Shown here one piece after another: positions 1 through 11,307 of a stretch of DNA of 64,000 bases. The stretch's first letter is position 1. Each line of letters begins with the position of its first letter. The DNA is from Selaginella moellendorffii. Lineage: Eukaryota > Plantae > Lycopodiophyta. The stretch covers positions 60,452 to 124,451 of the forward strand of contig NW_003314266.1 of the NCBI RefSeq assembly GCF_000143415.4, in the 5' to 3' direction. The notes beneath the pieces were generated by a model. It did no database searches. It was not told where the DNA came from and saw only the letters and a program-made list of their open reading frames with translations. Position numbers and translations under genes: made by a program.

Positions 1-1956
1 AGTCTACTCCTCAGCAACCTGATTCGATACTTGACAGGCTCTGCTTTGCCGACTGCTCATTGCTTCCGAAGAAGGAGGGCTTCCGGCCTCCGCCAGTGAC
101 CGAAGACAAGCCAAGGCCGAAGCCGACCTTACACCAAGCTTCCAAAACGTTGGAAGTGAAAACTGAGGTGCCGGCCGATGGAAATGCTGAGAAGGACAAG
201 AAACAATGGGCGCTTGAGCTTTTGGCGAGGAAGAACAAGCAGCAAGTCCGGTCCACTCATGATACATTGAAGGGAAACTTCGTGCATCTGGTAAAAAAAT
301 CTAAATGAGACTCTTTGATGTTCTAACGTGTGTTCTCTGGCAGCCAAAACTTCCTATCGACATGAGACCATCTATAGAGCCTAATCCTCGAAGCAAAATT
401 CCGAGTGCTGTTAGACAGGTGAGGTCCCCTACTCTTCTTTTCTCTAAAACATTTTCCCGTTATTTTCAGATTCAGCTGAACCGGTTAACGGACCACTACT
501 TGAAGAAGGTCAAGATTGGAAGAAATCAAGCTTCCGAGGATGCAGTGAACGCTGCGCTTTCGAAGGAAGCTGAGATCTTTTTAAGATCGAACAGTAAAGG
601 CGTCTATGTCAATCTCTGTGCAAGGGCTTTGGCTCAAGGAGACGCTCCACCAGCTAAGGCCAACGTCGAGACGAACAAGGATGTTGTTGCTGAAGCCTTG
701 GTGGCGGCCGGTTTGGTTTCAGATTCTCCTCCCGGAAGTCCTCTCCCTCAAGAAGAAGCGGCTGCTCAACCGGCTGCTCAACCGGCTGCTGATGTTATTG
801 AAGCTCCAGAGGCACAAGAACCATCTCGGGGTACCGAGGTTTTAACGAATCCAGGGTCGGGGAAGCAGGGAATAACTGCGTTACTCGAGCATCTCAGGAA
901 AGAAGAGGAACCAGAATTACCGGGACTGGAACCAGTTTGTACTCCTTCAGGTAAACTCTTGGCTCGAAGTTGTGCAATTTACTCAAGCATGATTCGCAGA
1001 ATCCAAACAAGAACAAGCGGATGTCAAAAGCGAAAGCTTACACGTTCCGGAAGGTGGCTCAAATGCAGCTGACGAAAGTGACTCAAATGCAACGGATGCT
1101 ACTGTGTCTGCGAAACAGGAAGATACTACAGCTCTGACAAACGAAGAAACAGTCAAAGAAAAGGAGGAGGAGAAACAGAAGCCGTGCAAAGTTGCAGGTA
1201 ATCGTGTTGAATCGTATGCTTTCTTTAATACCTCGTCAACATTGCAGATAGCGAAAAAGATATTGAGAAGACCGTTGATCACAAGGAAGGTGTCAAGAAC
1301 CAAGAAAATGCGAAAGTTGAGGCCATAAAACCCGAGCAAGACCCTACAGCCACCAAAGCTCACGTGGACAGGCGCACGGACAGAAGCTCGAGAAAACACC
1401 CGAGGGATCCCGCCAGGCCGGACAGGCATGCGGCGAGGAAGAAGGAGAAAGTCGGCCCCGAGGACCCGATGAGCGACGAAAAATTCTCGGAGCTGGACAG
1501 CCGCATCGACCGAGTCAGGAACAGCATCGCGCAGCAGTTCGGCGAGAACAGCGACATCGCCCAACAGATACGTGAGAGCTCCGGGAGCCAAGCTCCAAAG
1601 CCTCGAAAGCCAACGCCGGATCATCCTCGAAAGCACCAGAGATCGTCTCCATCCGTGCAAGAACAGGTTTTTTCGTGCATTTTTCTTTGGTTTTTCGTGC
1701 TTGTGTTTTGATCGTTTGTTGGCGTGATCATCAGGTGGAAATGTATGTCAAGGAACACATAAGACCACTGTACAAGAGTGGTGTGATCATGGCCGAGCAA
1801 TACCAGTGGACTGTGAGCAAGACTACTGCCAAAGTTATGCAGCATCACAAGGACGCTCCCTCGGCGGAATTTCTCATAAGCGAAGGCGGAAGAGTGAAAA
1901 AATTGGCCGAGCAATACTTGCAAAGGTTTGCGCAAGAGAAGAAGGAATCAAAGTAA
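1..1956 (+). CDS. 3' part of a PHD/RING-type protein similar to Arabidopsis At4g10930, with C-terminal SRI-like helical domain; 5' end outside window
   Basis: Exons <1-290, 344-418, 470-950, 1000-1197, 1248-1666, 1735-1956 with GT-AG ends. Motifs [31 protein letters not shown] and [18 protein letters not shown]...VKKLAEQY match my recollection of this family. Confidence 0.8.
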
Positions 1957-2156
1957 TAAAAAAAGTATCGTCTTTTTGGCCACGTTGAAGATACGTTCCT
2001 CGTGACAATATAGACGTGGCAGGATCGACTTGCATAGGTTAGGGTTTATCTTTGTTTGGAGGGGAAGAATCGATCGATCGATAGCGGAGATTTGCGAAGG
2101 TAATTTCTTGCATCGCGCTTCGCGATTTGTGAGTGATCGGTGCTCTCTCTCACAGC

Positions 2157-2722
2157 ATGGCGGCGTCTTTGATTGCATGCGTTCCAGTGACGATCCCACG
2201 GCAATGTAGCGGATTTGGCAGCAGCTCCTCCTCCCTGGCAGCGTCGCCGCGCAATTGCAGCGTGAGATGTCGCGCTTCCTCGGAGAATGGATCCCACTTC
2301 GCCCAATTTCTCAACCTAGATGCTTTCGACAACGCTCTCCAGGTAAGATTTTGGGCTTTGCTGGGATGTTCTTAACTGTTCTTCCGTGGTTTCCAAGGTT
2401 TTCCGCGATGAATCGAAGGGAATAGTTTGCTATCGGACCCCGACTGGAGAGATCACTTGCGAAGGCATCGACGAGGGTCCTCACTTCGAGCCTGCTGCCG
2501 ACAATCAAAAGGGGTAAGGAAGGATCCTTTTTCTTGTCTTCCTTTCGTGTTCTTGGGATAGTTTTCATGGTTTTTCTCTTTGTTTCCGCAGACTTTTCCT
2601 TTCGCAGCTACTGTTTGTCAAAGGCGCTGAAGAACCACTCGTGAATGTACGATTTTTCTTGATTTTTTGTTGCTGTGATGAATCGAATCTAACACTTTGG
2701 ATGATAGGGAGCTGGAATTTAA
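2157..2722 (+). CDS. Small plastid-targeted plant protein (At1g52720/At3g15630-like)
   Basis: Ser/Ala-rich transit-like N-terminus in exon 2157-2342. Exon 2 from 2398 encodes VFRDESKGIVCYRTPTGEITCEGIDEGPHF. 3' exons and stop are approximate. Confidence 0.7.
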
Positions 2723-3314
2723 GTAAAGGACTATAGCGATGATATTGTTTCGTTAAAGTATGACTAAAGGATCACACCAGAGCGTGTTATGTTTCAAAGC
2801 AAAGCCTAAATGTGACGGGGGGAACCATGTAAATTCTCATACCCTATCAATCTTTGTTGATATCACTCGATTATTAAATTACTGGAAAGATCCAACGGCC
2901 TGGATCGCGACTCGTTTGTGCGGTCCAGATCGTTTAGAACTTTAGCCGGCTTGGCCACGTGAAGGGCAGTCAGTTAGTTACTAGCGCCATCGCTCAAGAA
3001 CCCTACCGCGCCCTCTCAGCGAAGCTGATGAGGGAATGGCGCCTCATGCCGCCGTGAGGGCGCCAAAGGAGCAATCGATCGGCATCGATCCATTCCGGTA
3101 ATCAAAATTTGGCATCGCAATGCCGGATCCAAGGAAGCTGCCTTGGTGATCTTCCCCTAGGGTTCTACGCATCGCGGGGGATGAGAATCACGATCTCGGT
3201 AAGCAAAATCTGGATTTCTTTTGTTCTTCGTCGATTCTCATCGAAGCCTTCGCTCCAGAGCGAAGAGATGAGGTGTGGAGCGTGAGATTTCGACTTGGCA
3301 TTTGTTGATAGATC

Positions 3315-5590
3315 ATGGGAAGGTATCAGAGTCCGCTAGTGAAACACGATCTTTCCCGGCTGGAGGACCCCGAGAGCCGGCACATCGCTCTCACGTCGCT
3401 CAAGAACTGCGTCAAGCAACTGGAAGCCGAGTGCCTCCCATTCTTCCTCGACCAGATCAGCGAAGCTCATCACGATATCTCTCGCCCCTACGTTATCTCC
3501 CTCTACGAGGACATAGCACGGACACACCAAACGCTGCTGGTACCTTACATTCCTCGAATCATGGAGGCACTGATCACTGCTCTCTCTGAAAGTGGCAGCT
3601 CGCTCCACGTCCACCGCGCGTGTGCCAAGGTGGTGGCCGCGCTCGCAAAGTTTTGCATCGATCTGGAGAGGTTGACGCATCAGGCCAAGGAGGTTCTACG
3701 CTTGCTCTGCGAGCCACTGCTGTGCGTGCTCGTCGGGAAGTTCGAGCCAGTCTCCGCCGGTGCCGCGGTGAGCCTCCAAGCTCTGGTGGAGTTCGAGAAC
3801 TGGATCCACGCTCCAAAAGAGCTTGTCAACGAGGTGTGCTTCAGGGTGACGGCAGCTATGTCCGGGAAGTCGGCTCCGACGGTGGCTCACTTGCATCTGG
3901 CCTGCGCGGTTGCGAAGGTGAACAGGGAAGTCTTCGAGAGCTATGGACTGGAGCTCATGAATGCGGCAAAGTACATACTCCAAACAGCTGGTTCTTGGAC
4001 TTTGAGAGTGGCCGCCGCAGAGCTCTTGAATCTGGTGCTGAGCATGGTGGACGGGATAGTTTTGTCGACAGAGATAGCATCTGTGATCGACGTTCTAGAG
4101 AGGTACCGGCTGGACAGGATGCCAAAGGTGAGGTCTGCGGTGGCCGAAGCGTTAAGGACGGCTAAGTCATGCTACTACAACGGCGGACGAGCGACGACGA
4201 AAATGATATTCTCTGTTGGAGTTGAGACAAAAAGGCGGCAAGAACTTCACGACGCGGGGATTCGATCGATACTGCTCCCTTCTTTTCACAACGAGTTTGG
4301 GAAGCGGGATGCTGGATTGAGAAGGGCTGTGGCTCCAAAGTTTGATCGCGGGGGTGGCGGCGGTGAGGAGGTTGGAGGATACGACTTTGTGATAGTGGAA
4401 GACTACGGGGAACCGTGCCAGCAGTATGGAAGACGGAGCGGGAAGGGAGCTGGAAGACGTTTTGGAAACAGAGCTGGGAAAGTTAAGAGCGAGCCCCGGG
4501 TGAGACACACAGTTTCAGCAGAACCAGGAGGATATGTTATACAGGAATGGATCAAGGTCGATGATCATGAACGGTTCCCTCATCCTCATTGTGGAGTGCT
4601 GGCTGGCATTGACGAAGGGGAGGAGTACGAGGAGGAGCCGACTTACGTGAGAGAATCCATGTACAACAAGCAGTTCTATTCGCCGTCGAGCGAGAGGCAT
4701 GTCGTGATCTTTGACGAAGATCAAGTGGTTACGGACACATGCAAGCGTCTGATCGAGGTTTGTGCGTTTTCTTTTGTTTTTGTTTTTTCTTAATCGCATT
4801 TGCTTTCCAGAATTCTGAGGCACCGTCAACTTTCACTGGTCTCTCAGCTCCAGAACCCGTGCCGTCCACTTCGGAGCCAGGCAGTATTGAGCATCCAAGT
4901 AGCAGTAACTTGATCCAAGATTCTGAGCAGGAAGAATGGAGCGTGCGAGACAATCCTATCGCCGCGAAATCCGACGAAGGTAGAAGTCCCTACGAGAGAT
5001 CTATCACACCTCCAGCGAGGCTGGACGCTGCTCGTTCTCCAGAGGCACAGGAAGTTATCATAAGCAACGCTGTGGTAGAAGAAATTTTCGAGCCAACACC
5101 TTTGCGTTGCGATGAAGAACAAATCCTCCAGCAAGAAGTAGCAGCGTTGGCTGGCATCGGTGACACGCGCAACAAGGAAAACAGGGACTCAGCTGAACTA
5201 AACGACTGCAGCTTGAATTCTCCGGAACAGACAGAGCTCAAAAGCGAGAACGTCACCGAAGAAATGGTGGACACATTCCGGCGGTCATGGGAAGTTCTCG
5301 AGACGAATGACAAGCATGAAGTTAGCATGGGGGTTGTGGAGGACGACAAGGTGGTGACGAAAGTTTACTCTAGCAGGAAGCAGCAGCTGGTGAATGCTCT
5401 CACCGCATCGTTCACAGGCGGACTTTGGCAAGAACACCACCAAAGAGAAGGCTGGCACAGGAAGCTCCAGAGTGGAGTGGAGAGAGTGCTCGGGGGGTCC
5501 GTCTGTGCGGCACTGGCGATCCCAGCAGCTATGGCTTTGATCAAGTGCTTGGAACCAAACTTTGGAGGCCGAGAGATGGTGCCAACGTGA
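3315..5590 (+). CDS. SINE1: SINE1/SINE2-like ARM-repeat outer-nuclear-envelope KASH protein
   Basis: Exons 3315-4757 and 4811-5590. N-terminal ARM region (ISLYEDIARTH, ACAKVVAALAKF, DRMPKVRSAV), then a C-terminal TM helix and a short tail ending in VPT, the plant KASH signature. Confidence 0.85.
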
Positions 5591-5814
5591 AAATGGAAGA
5601 GTTCGCTACGATCGAGCTAGAATCGGTCGGACTAAGCTTTTGGAGCGATCGAGAAGAAAAGCGATTTAAGTTTCGCTGTGGCGAAACGCTGGTGCCACTT
5701 GATCGAGACGAGGAGGTAATTTTTTAATTTTTTTCTCTTCCATCGCCATCGCCATCGCAATCCTGTGTAAGCTCGCTCAACTAAAAAACCCAGTGAGTGG
5801 AATATGCCCTGGCC

Positions 5815-5836
5815 GCCACGTGGCGTCCTATTATAT
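5815..5836 (+). promoter_or_regulatory. Palindromic G-box (GCCACGTGGC) and TATA-like element upstream of RAD23; telo-box near 5952
   Basis: Motifs read directly, about 150 bp before the RAD23 ATG. Confidence 0.45.
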
Positions 5837-5979
5837 TCCCCTTGTAAATTAAAAGCAATCACTTGGGACGCAAAAAAGCGGAAGGAGGAGGGTAGTGATC
5901 TTTTTGTGGTGATACAGATCTCCTTTGTTAGGGCATAGATCGCCGAGGCTTTAGGGTTTGAGCGGCAAGGGCGAGGGAG

Positions 5980-7756
5980 ATGAAGATTTCCGTCAAGACG
6001 CTCAAGGGCAACCACTTCGATCTCGATGTGCAGCCGGCGGACACGGTAAGCGCGCTCGCGAATTCGCTGCTCTGCCCGGCGCTTTCTCGCTTTTCGCCCC
6101 CTCGCGCAGCTGGGGTTCTTGGATTGCTCGAAACTTAGGGTTTTTGGCACAGGTGATTGCCGTGAAGAAACAGATTGAGGACCTCCAAGGCAAAGAGAGC
6201 TTCCCGTGCGCGCAACAGCTCCTGATTCACCAGGGCAAGGTTCTCAAGGATGAGACCACCATGGACGAGAACAAAGTCTCGGAGAACGGTTTCCTGGTAG
6301 TTATGCTCACCAAGGTATGTGCTGCGTGGTTTGTTGCTGTGATGGAGCTGTATCTAACGTTTTGTTTGGTTTCCTCAGAGTAAAACCGCTGCCCCTACCT
6401 CGTCTGGTGCCACTCCAAGTAGCACTCCGCAAGCTGCTCCAGCGACCGTGACGACCACGCCATCTCCGGCACCCCCGGCTCCAGCTCCGAGTCCCGCAGC
6501 TCCGGCATCGCCCGCTGCTCCAGCTCCAGTTCCAGCTCCAGCTCCAGCCCCAGCACCAGCTCCAGCTCCGGCTCCGGCTGTTACGCAGTAAGTAAATTCT
6601 CTTTGCTTCATCTCTTCTGGTGCTCACTGTCACTGGTTTTTCTTCGCAGGCCTCCAGCAGCAACTAGCGATGTCTATGGACAGGCTGCCTCGAATCTCGT
6701 TGCCGGCACCGGGCTCGAGCAAACTATCCAACAGCTGGTAGACATGGGTGGTGGAAGCTGGGACAGGGATAGCTGCGTCCGCGCTCTTCGTGCTGCTTAC
6801 AACAATCCCGAGAGAGCTGTGGAGTACTTGTACTCGGTAAGCTGCCTGGGATTTGAGTAGCTTACTTTGTTCTCTCGCTATAGGGGATTCCAGACGTGGC
6901 TGATGCTCCTCCCGTTGCACGGGCCCCTCCTGCTGCTCCTGCTGCTGCCACTGCTCCCCCGACGGCAGCACCGACCGGTGGAGTGCCTGCTCCTGCGGCG
7001 ACTGGTGGTCCTAACGCAGTTCCGTTGGATCTCTTTCCACAAGTACGTACTCGTTTGGTACTTTTGACATTTTCTTATTCTTTCCAACACCCTAGGGGAT
7101 GCCTGGGCTAGCTCCGGCGGGTGGAGGCGGAAATGGGGCACTGGATTTTCTACGGAACAATGCACAGGTGAAGACGATGAGTTTTTTGGACTGTTATGAA
7201 GTTCCCTTTGTGTGCAGTTCCAAGCTTTGAGAACCATGGTGCAACAAAATCCCCAGCTGTTGCAGGTAAATTCTCGTGCCTCCCATGCCCGCTCTAACGG
7301 TGAGCTGTGCAGCCCATGCTCCAAGAACTGGGCAGACAAAACCCCCAGCTACTGCGCCTCATCAATGAAAACCACGTTGAGTTTCTTCGCCTGATAAGCG
7401 AAGCTGGGGGAGAGAACCCCGAAGCTGGGTACGTTTATCTTTTCGCCATGGATTGCTTTGCTTCAACTTTGTGGTGTGGTGAATCCAGTGACTTGCTTGG
7501 ACAACTAGCGGGAGCCATGCCGCAGTCGATCAGCGTCACGCCGGAAGAGAGAGAAGCGATTGAAAGGGTACGGAAGAAAACGCTTCGTGACTTTGGCGAT
7601 GTAATGACTGTGGCTTTTGCTCGTTCTTCTTCCGTGCAGTTAGAAGCGATGGGCTTTGATCGGGCGTCTGTAATTGAAGCGTTCTTGGCTTGCGACAAAA
7701 ACGAGCAATTGGCCGCCAACTATCTACTGGAGCATTCAGGGGACTATGAGGATTAG
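5980..7756 (+). CDS. RAD23: Ubiquitin receptor RAD23 (UBL-UBA-XPCB-UBA)
   Basis: [16 protein letters not shown] start, Pro/Ala linker (CCAGCT repeats about 6470-6580), UBA1 [19 protein letters not shown]1/XPC-binding [17 protein letters not shown]2 [17 protein letters not shown]. Many short introns. Confidence 0.97.
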
Positions 7757-7924
7757 AAGTGAAACAAATTCTTTGCTGTGCATGAACGAAGGACGGTTTA
7801 TTGAAAAAGGAATGTGCGTTTTTATGGAGAGAAGCATAACTAAGTTGGGTTTTTCTTTTTCTTTTGCTGCATCTAATATGTTAATACTGCAAAGCGATAA
7901 TCTTTGATCTCGACAATTTTTAGC

Positions 7925-8160
7925 ATTCTTTTTAGCATGGATTATCTTAGATCTTAAACTTCTAACCCGGTGTATCTTAGACCTCCAGCAAAGTTTTTCT
8001 AGCATGATCCGGGATTATCGAGCAAAGGTTTTCTAGCATGAATTATCTTCCTGAGACAGTTCTCCAAACATGTCTAGCGTGGATTATCGAGCAAACAAAA
8101 TCCAAAAGTTTCTAGCATGGATTATCTTAGATGTCGAGCAAAGTTCTCTCTAGCATGGAA
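7925..8160. repeat. Degenerate minisatellite with TCTAGCATGGATTATC and CGAGCAAAG cores, about 6 units
   Basis: The core recurs near 7934, 7998, 8032, 8073, 8110 and 8149, between the convergent 3' ends of RAD23 and PII. Confidence 0.7.
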
Positions 8161-8165
8161 GAGCC

Positions 8166-9134
8166 TTAGGTGGTGGAAGAAAGGATGTCTGCGCGACCTC
8201 CCACCATTCTCTCGGCTTGGAGTCCGCGCTCGCCGGTTCTAACACGGATCACATCCGCGACTGGGATCACTGCAAGCACACGCGGTTCTTGTTGGATTCC
8301 AAGTCCAGAGGTTCTCGTCTTGCTTACCAAAAATCTTGCCGTCCCCGATCTCTCCAGTTCTCGCTTCTTCCAGAACCGTGTCGATCACAAGCTCCACCTG
8401 GATTTCCATGCAGAGATGAAACAAAAGTTTGTAAAGCAGCGAAGAAACCGACCTGATCCGCCGACACCACAATCTCCATTTTGATCTTTGTCACGAACTT
8501 GTCTTCCGAGAACTCGGAGCCTGTCAAGCCTCTCACGAGTTACAATCCTGGAAGCTTTTGTTCTTCAGAGGGAAAAGGGAAAGAAAACGCACCGGCATGT
8601 CGTTCGAGAGCTCCACCTTGAGCGCCTAAACCACGAACATCGCTCACAGTTACTCCCCGAATTCCAGCTCTCAGCAATGCCTGATTGAAAGATCACAAAG
8701 CTTGAATAAAAAAAAACTTGCATCCCTGAGAGTTCTTACCCCTGATACTTGGGATAGTCTCCACGGTCTAGAAAAAAAAAGAGACAAGCAAAGAAATTCA
8801 AACCAAACGCACGAATGCCATACCTTACAATAGCCTCTACCTTGTAAAAGTCGGCTCTAGGGCGATACTCTGCGAGAGAGAGGAAGAGAAAAGATTTCGA
8901 GCTCTAGACTGATCCAGAGCAGCAAATCGAAGAAGAATCTCCAGTCTTACCAGGTGTGCCATCGCTACTCATGGCTCGAACACCTACATTTGATCGTCGG
9001 ATCCACAGCTCAGCCCCAGACGAAGAGGATCGCAACGCCAAGCGCGATCGCGGCGATGCTAAACGGGAGTGACATAGCTGCTGGCGATGCAAGGGATGGA
9101 TCGAGGGGGCGCAAGCAACAGCGGCCACTTCCAT
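8166..9134 (-). CDS. GLB1: Chloroplast nitrogen regulatory protein PII
   Basis: Transit peptide, then spliced FYKVEAIVRPWRL, GIRGVTVSDVRGFGAQGG, GSEFSED, ARTGEIGDGKIF and IRVRTGERGLQAERMVGG. Confidence 0.95.
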
Positions 9135-9261
9135 TCCTCGTCAAGGGCGAAAAGGCTTCGAACCAGGGACCTTTTGGTAATCTCTTAGAATATTCTACGT
9201 ACAGCTAGGGCAGCTTATAAAGGGAGACCTCTTAGCGAAGGTTTAGGGTTTATCGATTGGT

Positions 9262-10510
9262 ATGGGGCGACGCTACATCACCGAAGGGGCGACGAGAGCG
9301 AGCTCGCACTGCGATAGCGGCGAGCGACGAATAATGAAGAGGAGCAGGGATTCAAGCGTGGATGATAAGAAAGCCCTAAGAAAGGTACCTAGAGATCACT
9401 GCTCTTTGTCTTAGTTCTTTTCCTTCCGGGTATTCAATCTGTGCTTTCAGGTAGCTAAGAAGATGAAAGCAGTCTCGGGCTACAGCAATCCCTTCGACTT
9501 GACTGAATTGTGAGTAGTTTCTTCTGCGTTCTTGGCAAGGTTTCTAGGTAGAGCTAATCCTTGTTTTCCAGGTTTGTGTGGAGGAAGAAGATCAAACGCG
9601 ACTTTGCGAAGAAAACACTGAAGGTGGAAGTTGAGAGGCAGGAGGAGCGAATGGTAAGTTAGGGTTTCCTTTTCCATCGTTTCTTTTGTTGCTCGGTTTT
9701 GCTCATGTTCTTGTGTTTTCAGAAGGAAGCCGAGATGGAAACCGAGAAATGGGAAGAACGAGCTATGGAGAAAGAAGAGGAAGAGAAAGCAAGGGAGCGA
9801 GAGAACGACCGGGAAGACGAGGTATGATATACATGTGTTTTTGAGTATCCTTTGGCAAACTCTAACGCGTGAACGCAATGCAGTGTCTCTACATGAGAGT
9901 CACGACGACTGATCTTCTATCCAGGCTCGTCGGCCTGAGGATGGCCGAGCCTTCCCACATCTTCAAGGGCCTTGGCGTGAAAGCAATGGAGGAGCTACTT
10001 GGCAAATTTCGCTTGCATTTGGAGGCGAACAAGAAAAATACCGAGCTCTGGGAGGCCATGACGGTTGTCTGCGACTCAGAGCTAGCAGAAGCACGAAAGA
10101 TAGAGGCTGGAGCTCGCGGTGGAGTGGACCATTTGGTGCTTGACAATGCTGGACTCCATACTAGCAATGTGAACACTTCCCTCATAAACATGAGCTCTCG
10201 TCAACTCCAGGAAGAGCAAGAAAATATTGAAGAAAAACTAAGATCTGGATCAGCCAAGAACGTCGAGTTCTGGAAGAGAGTGCGCGTCTTCAAAGCCAAG
10301 GTAAGCAAAAACGTCTTGTGCTTTGCTTCACGATTTAAGTTCTGACATAGTGCAAACTTACAGGCACGGCTCCGAGAAATAGCCATGGATCTTCTAGCGC
10401 AGCAGCACCACGAGATTTCAGGCGAGAAGGTTATAGAGGAAGCGATGCCTGAGCCGATTCCTCGTCAAGCGGTTCGAGGAGTGTCTGGCGCCAGCAGAGG
10501 GAAACACTAG
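9262..10510 (+). CDS. C-terminally truncated Cactin paralogue (6 exons, open frame, lacks the C-terminal Cactin domain)
   Basis: Exon-by-exon colinear with 11308-13207, with the same splice sites. The spliced frame stays open to TAG at 10508-10510. Confidence 0.65.
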
Positions 10511-10789
10511 AGCATTCAATCGATTGAAACGGCTCAAGCAAGAGAATCAATTTTTCTATATGTAAAATGATTTTAGTCAAATTGGCCGTGAGATTTTGCA
10601 GTTTACTGCCTCTTTTTTATGCAAAATTGGACATTTGTTTCTTCTTGCATTGTTTTCTATCGCTGGAAGACGAGACTTTCACGCAATTGACACCAGAAGA
10701 GTGCTGAAGAAACGAAGTCTTAGCTAGAGCACAAAAAAATAAATAGAAAGATGTACAAGCTTATGTAGAGATAAAGTGCCTCACAACAA

Positions 10790-11200
10790 AAGCTTGAAGA
10801 GAGATCTTCGTAGAAAGGGATGTAATCGAACATCGGTGGCCATCGCAAACGCCTCTTGTTCCTCTGGACGGAAAGCTGGATCATCAGGAACCTACTTGGG
10901 TAGAAGTCCAAGCATTTCTAAAGGGATGACGGCGTCCTCTTGCTCCTCGTCAAGGCCGTCGTTCTCATCAGGACAGGAATTCAAAGCCGGACGTCTAAAA
11001 CTTGGAATTTCTCGAGGTTGAGCTCGTGGTGTTTATCCGTCCTGATCATGAATGCCTGAGCAACAAAAAATTGAGGCACGAACAAGTAAAATTCAAAGCT
11101 TGCTAGGTTCTTGGATGCTGGGAAAGCTCATGAAAAACTCCACGATGCACATGGACTCTTGGCCAACTTTGAAAAAACTTAAAACACTTTAACTGTGGCA
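10790..11200 (-). pseudogene. Relic of the 3' part of the local F-box family
   Basis: Shares blocks with 19740-20180 (AGCATTTCTAAAGGGATGA, GTCGTTCTCATCAGG, AGGTTGAGCT, TCCACGATGCA) and a WPxMFD motif. Confidence 0.55.
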
Positions 11201-11307
11201 TTAAAGAAAAGGAGATTTTTGTTTATTGATAAAAATATTTTACTTACAACCTTTTGGCAACCTCCTATAAAAATGAGGTAGCACAGAGTTAGGGTTTATC
11301 GATTGAT

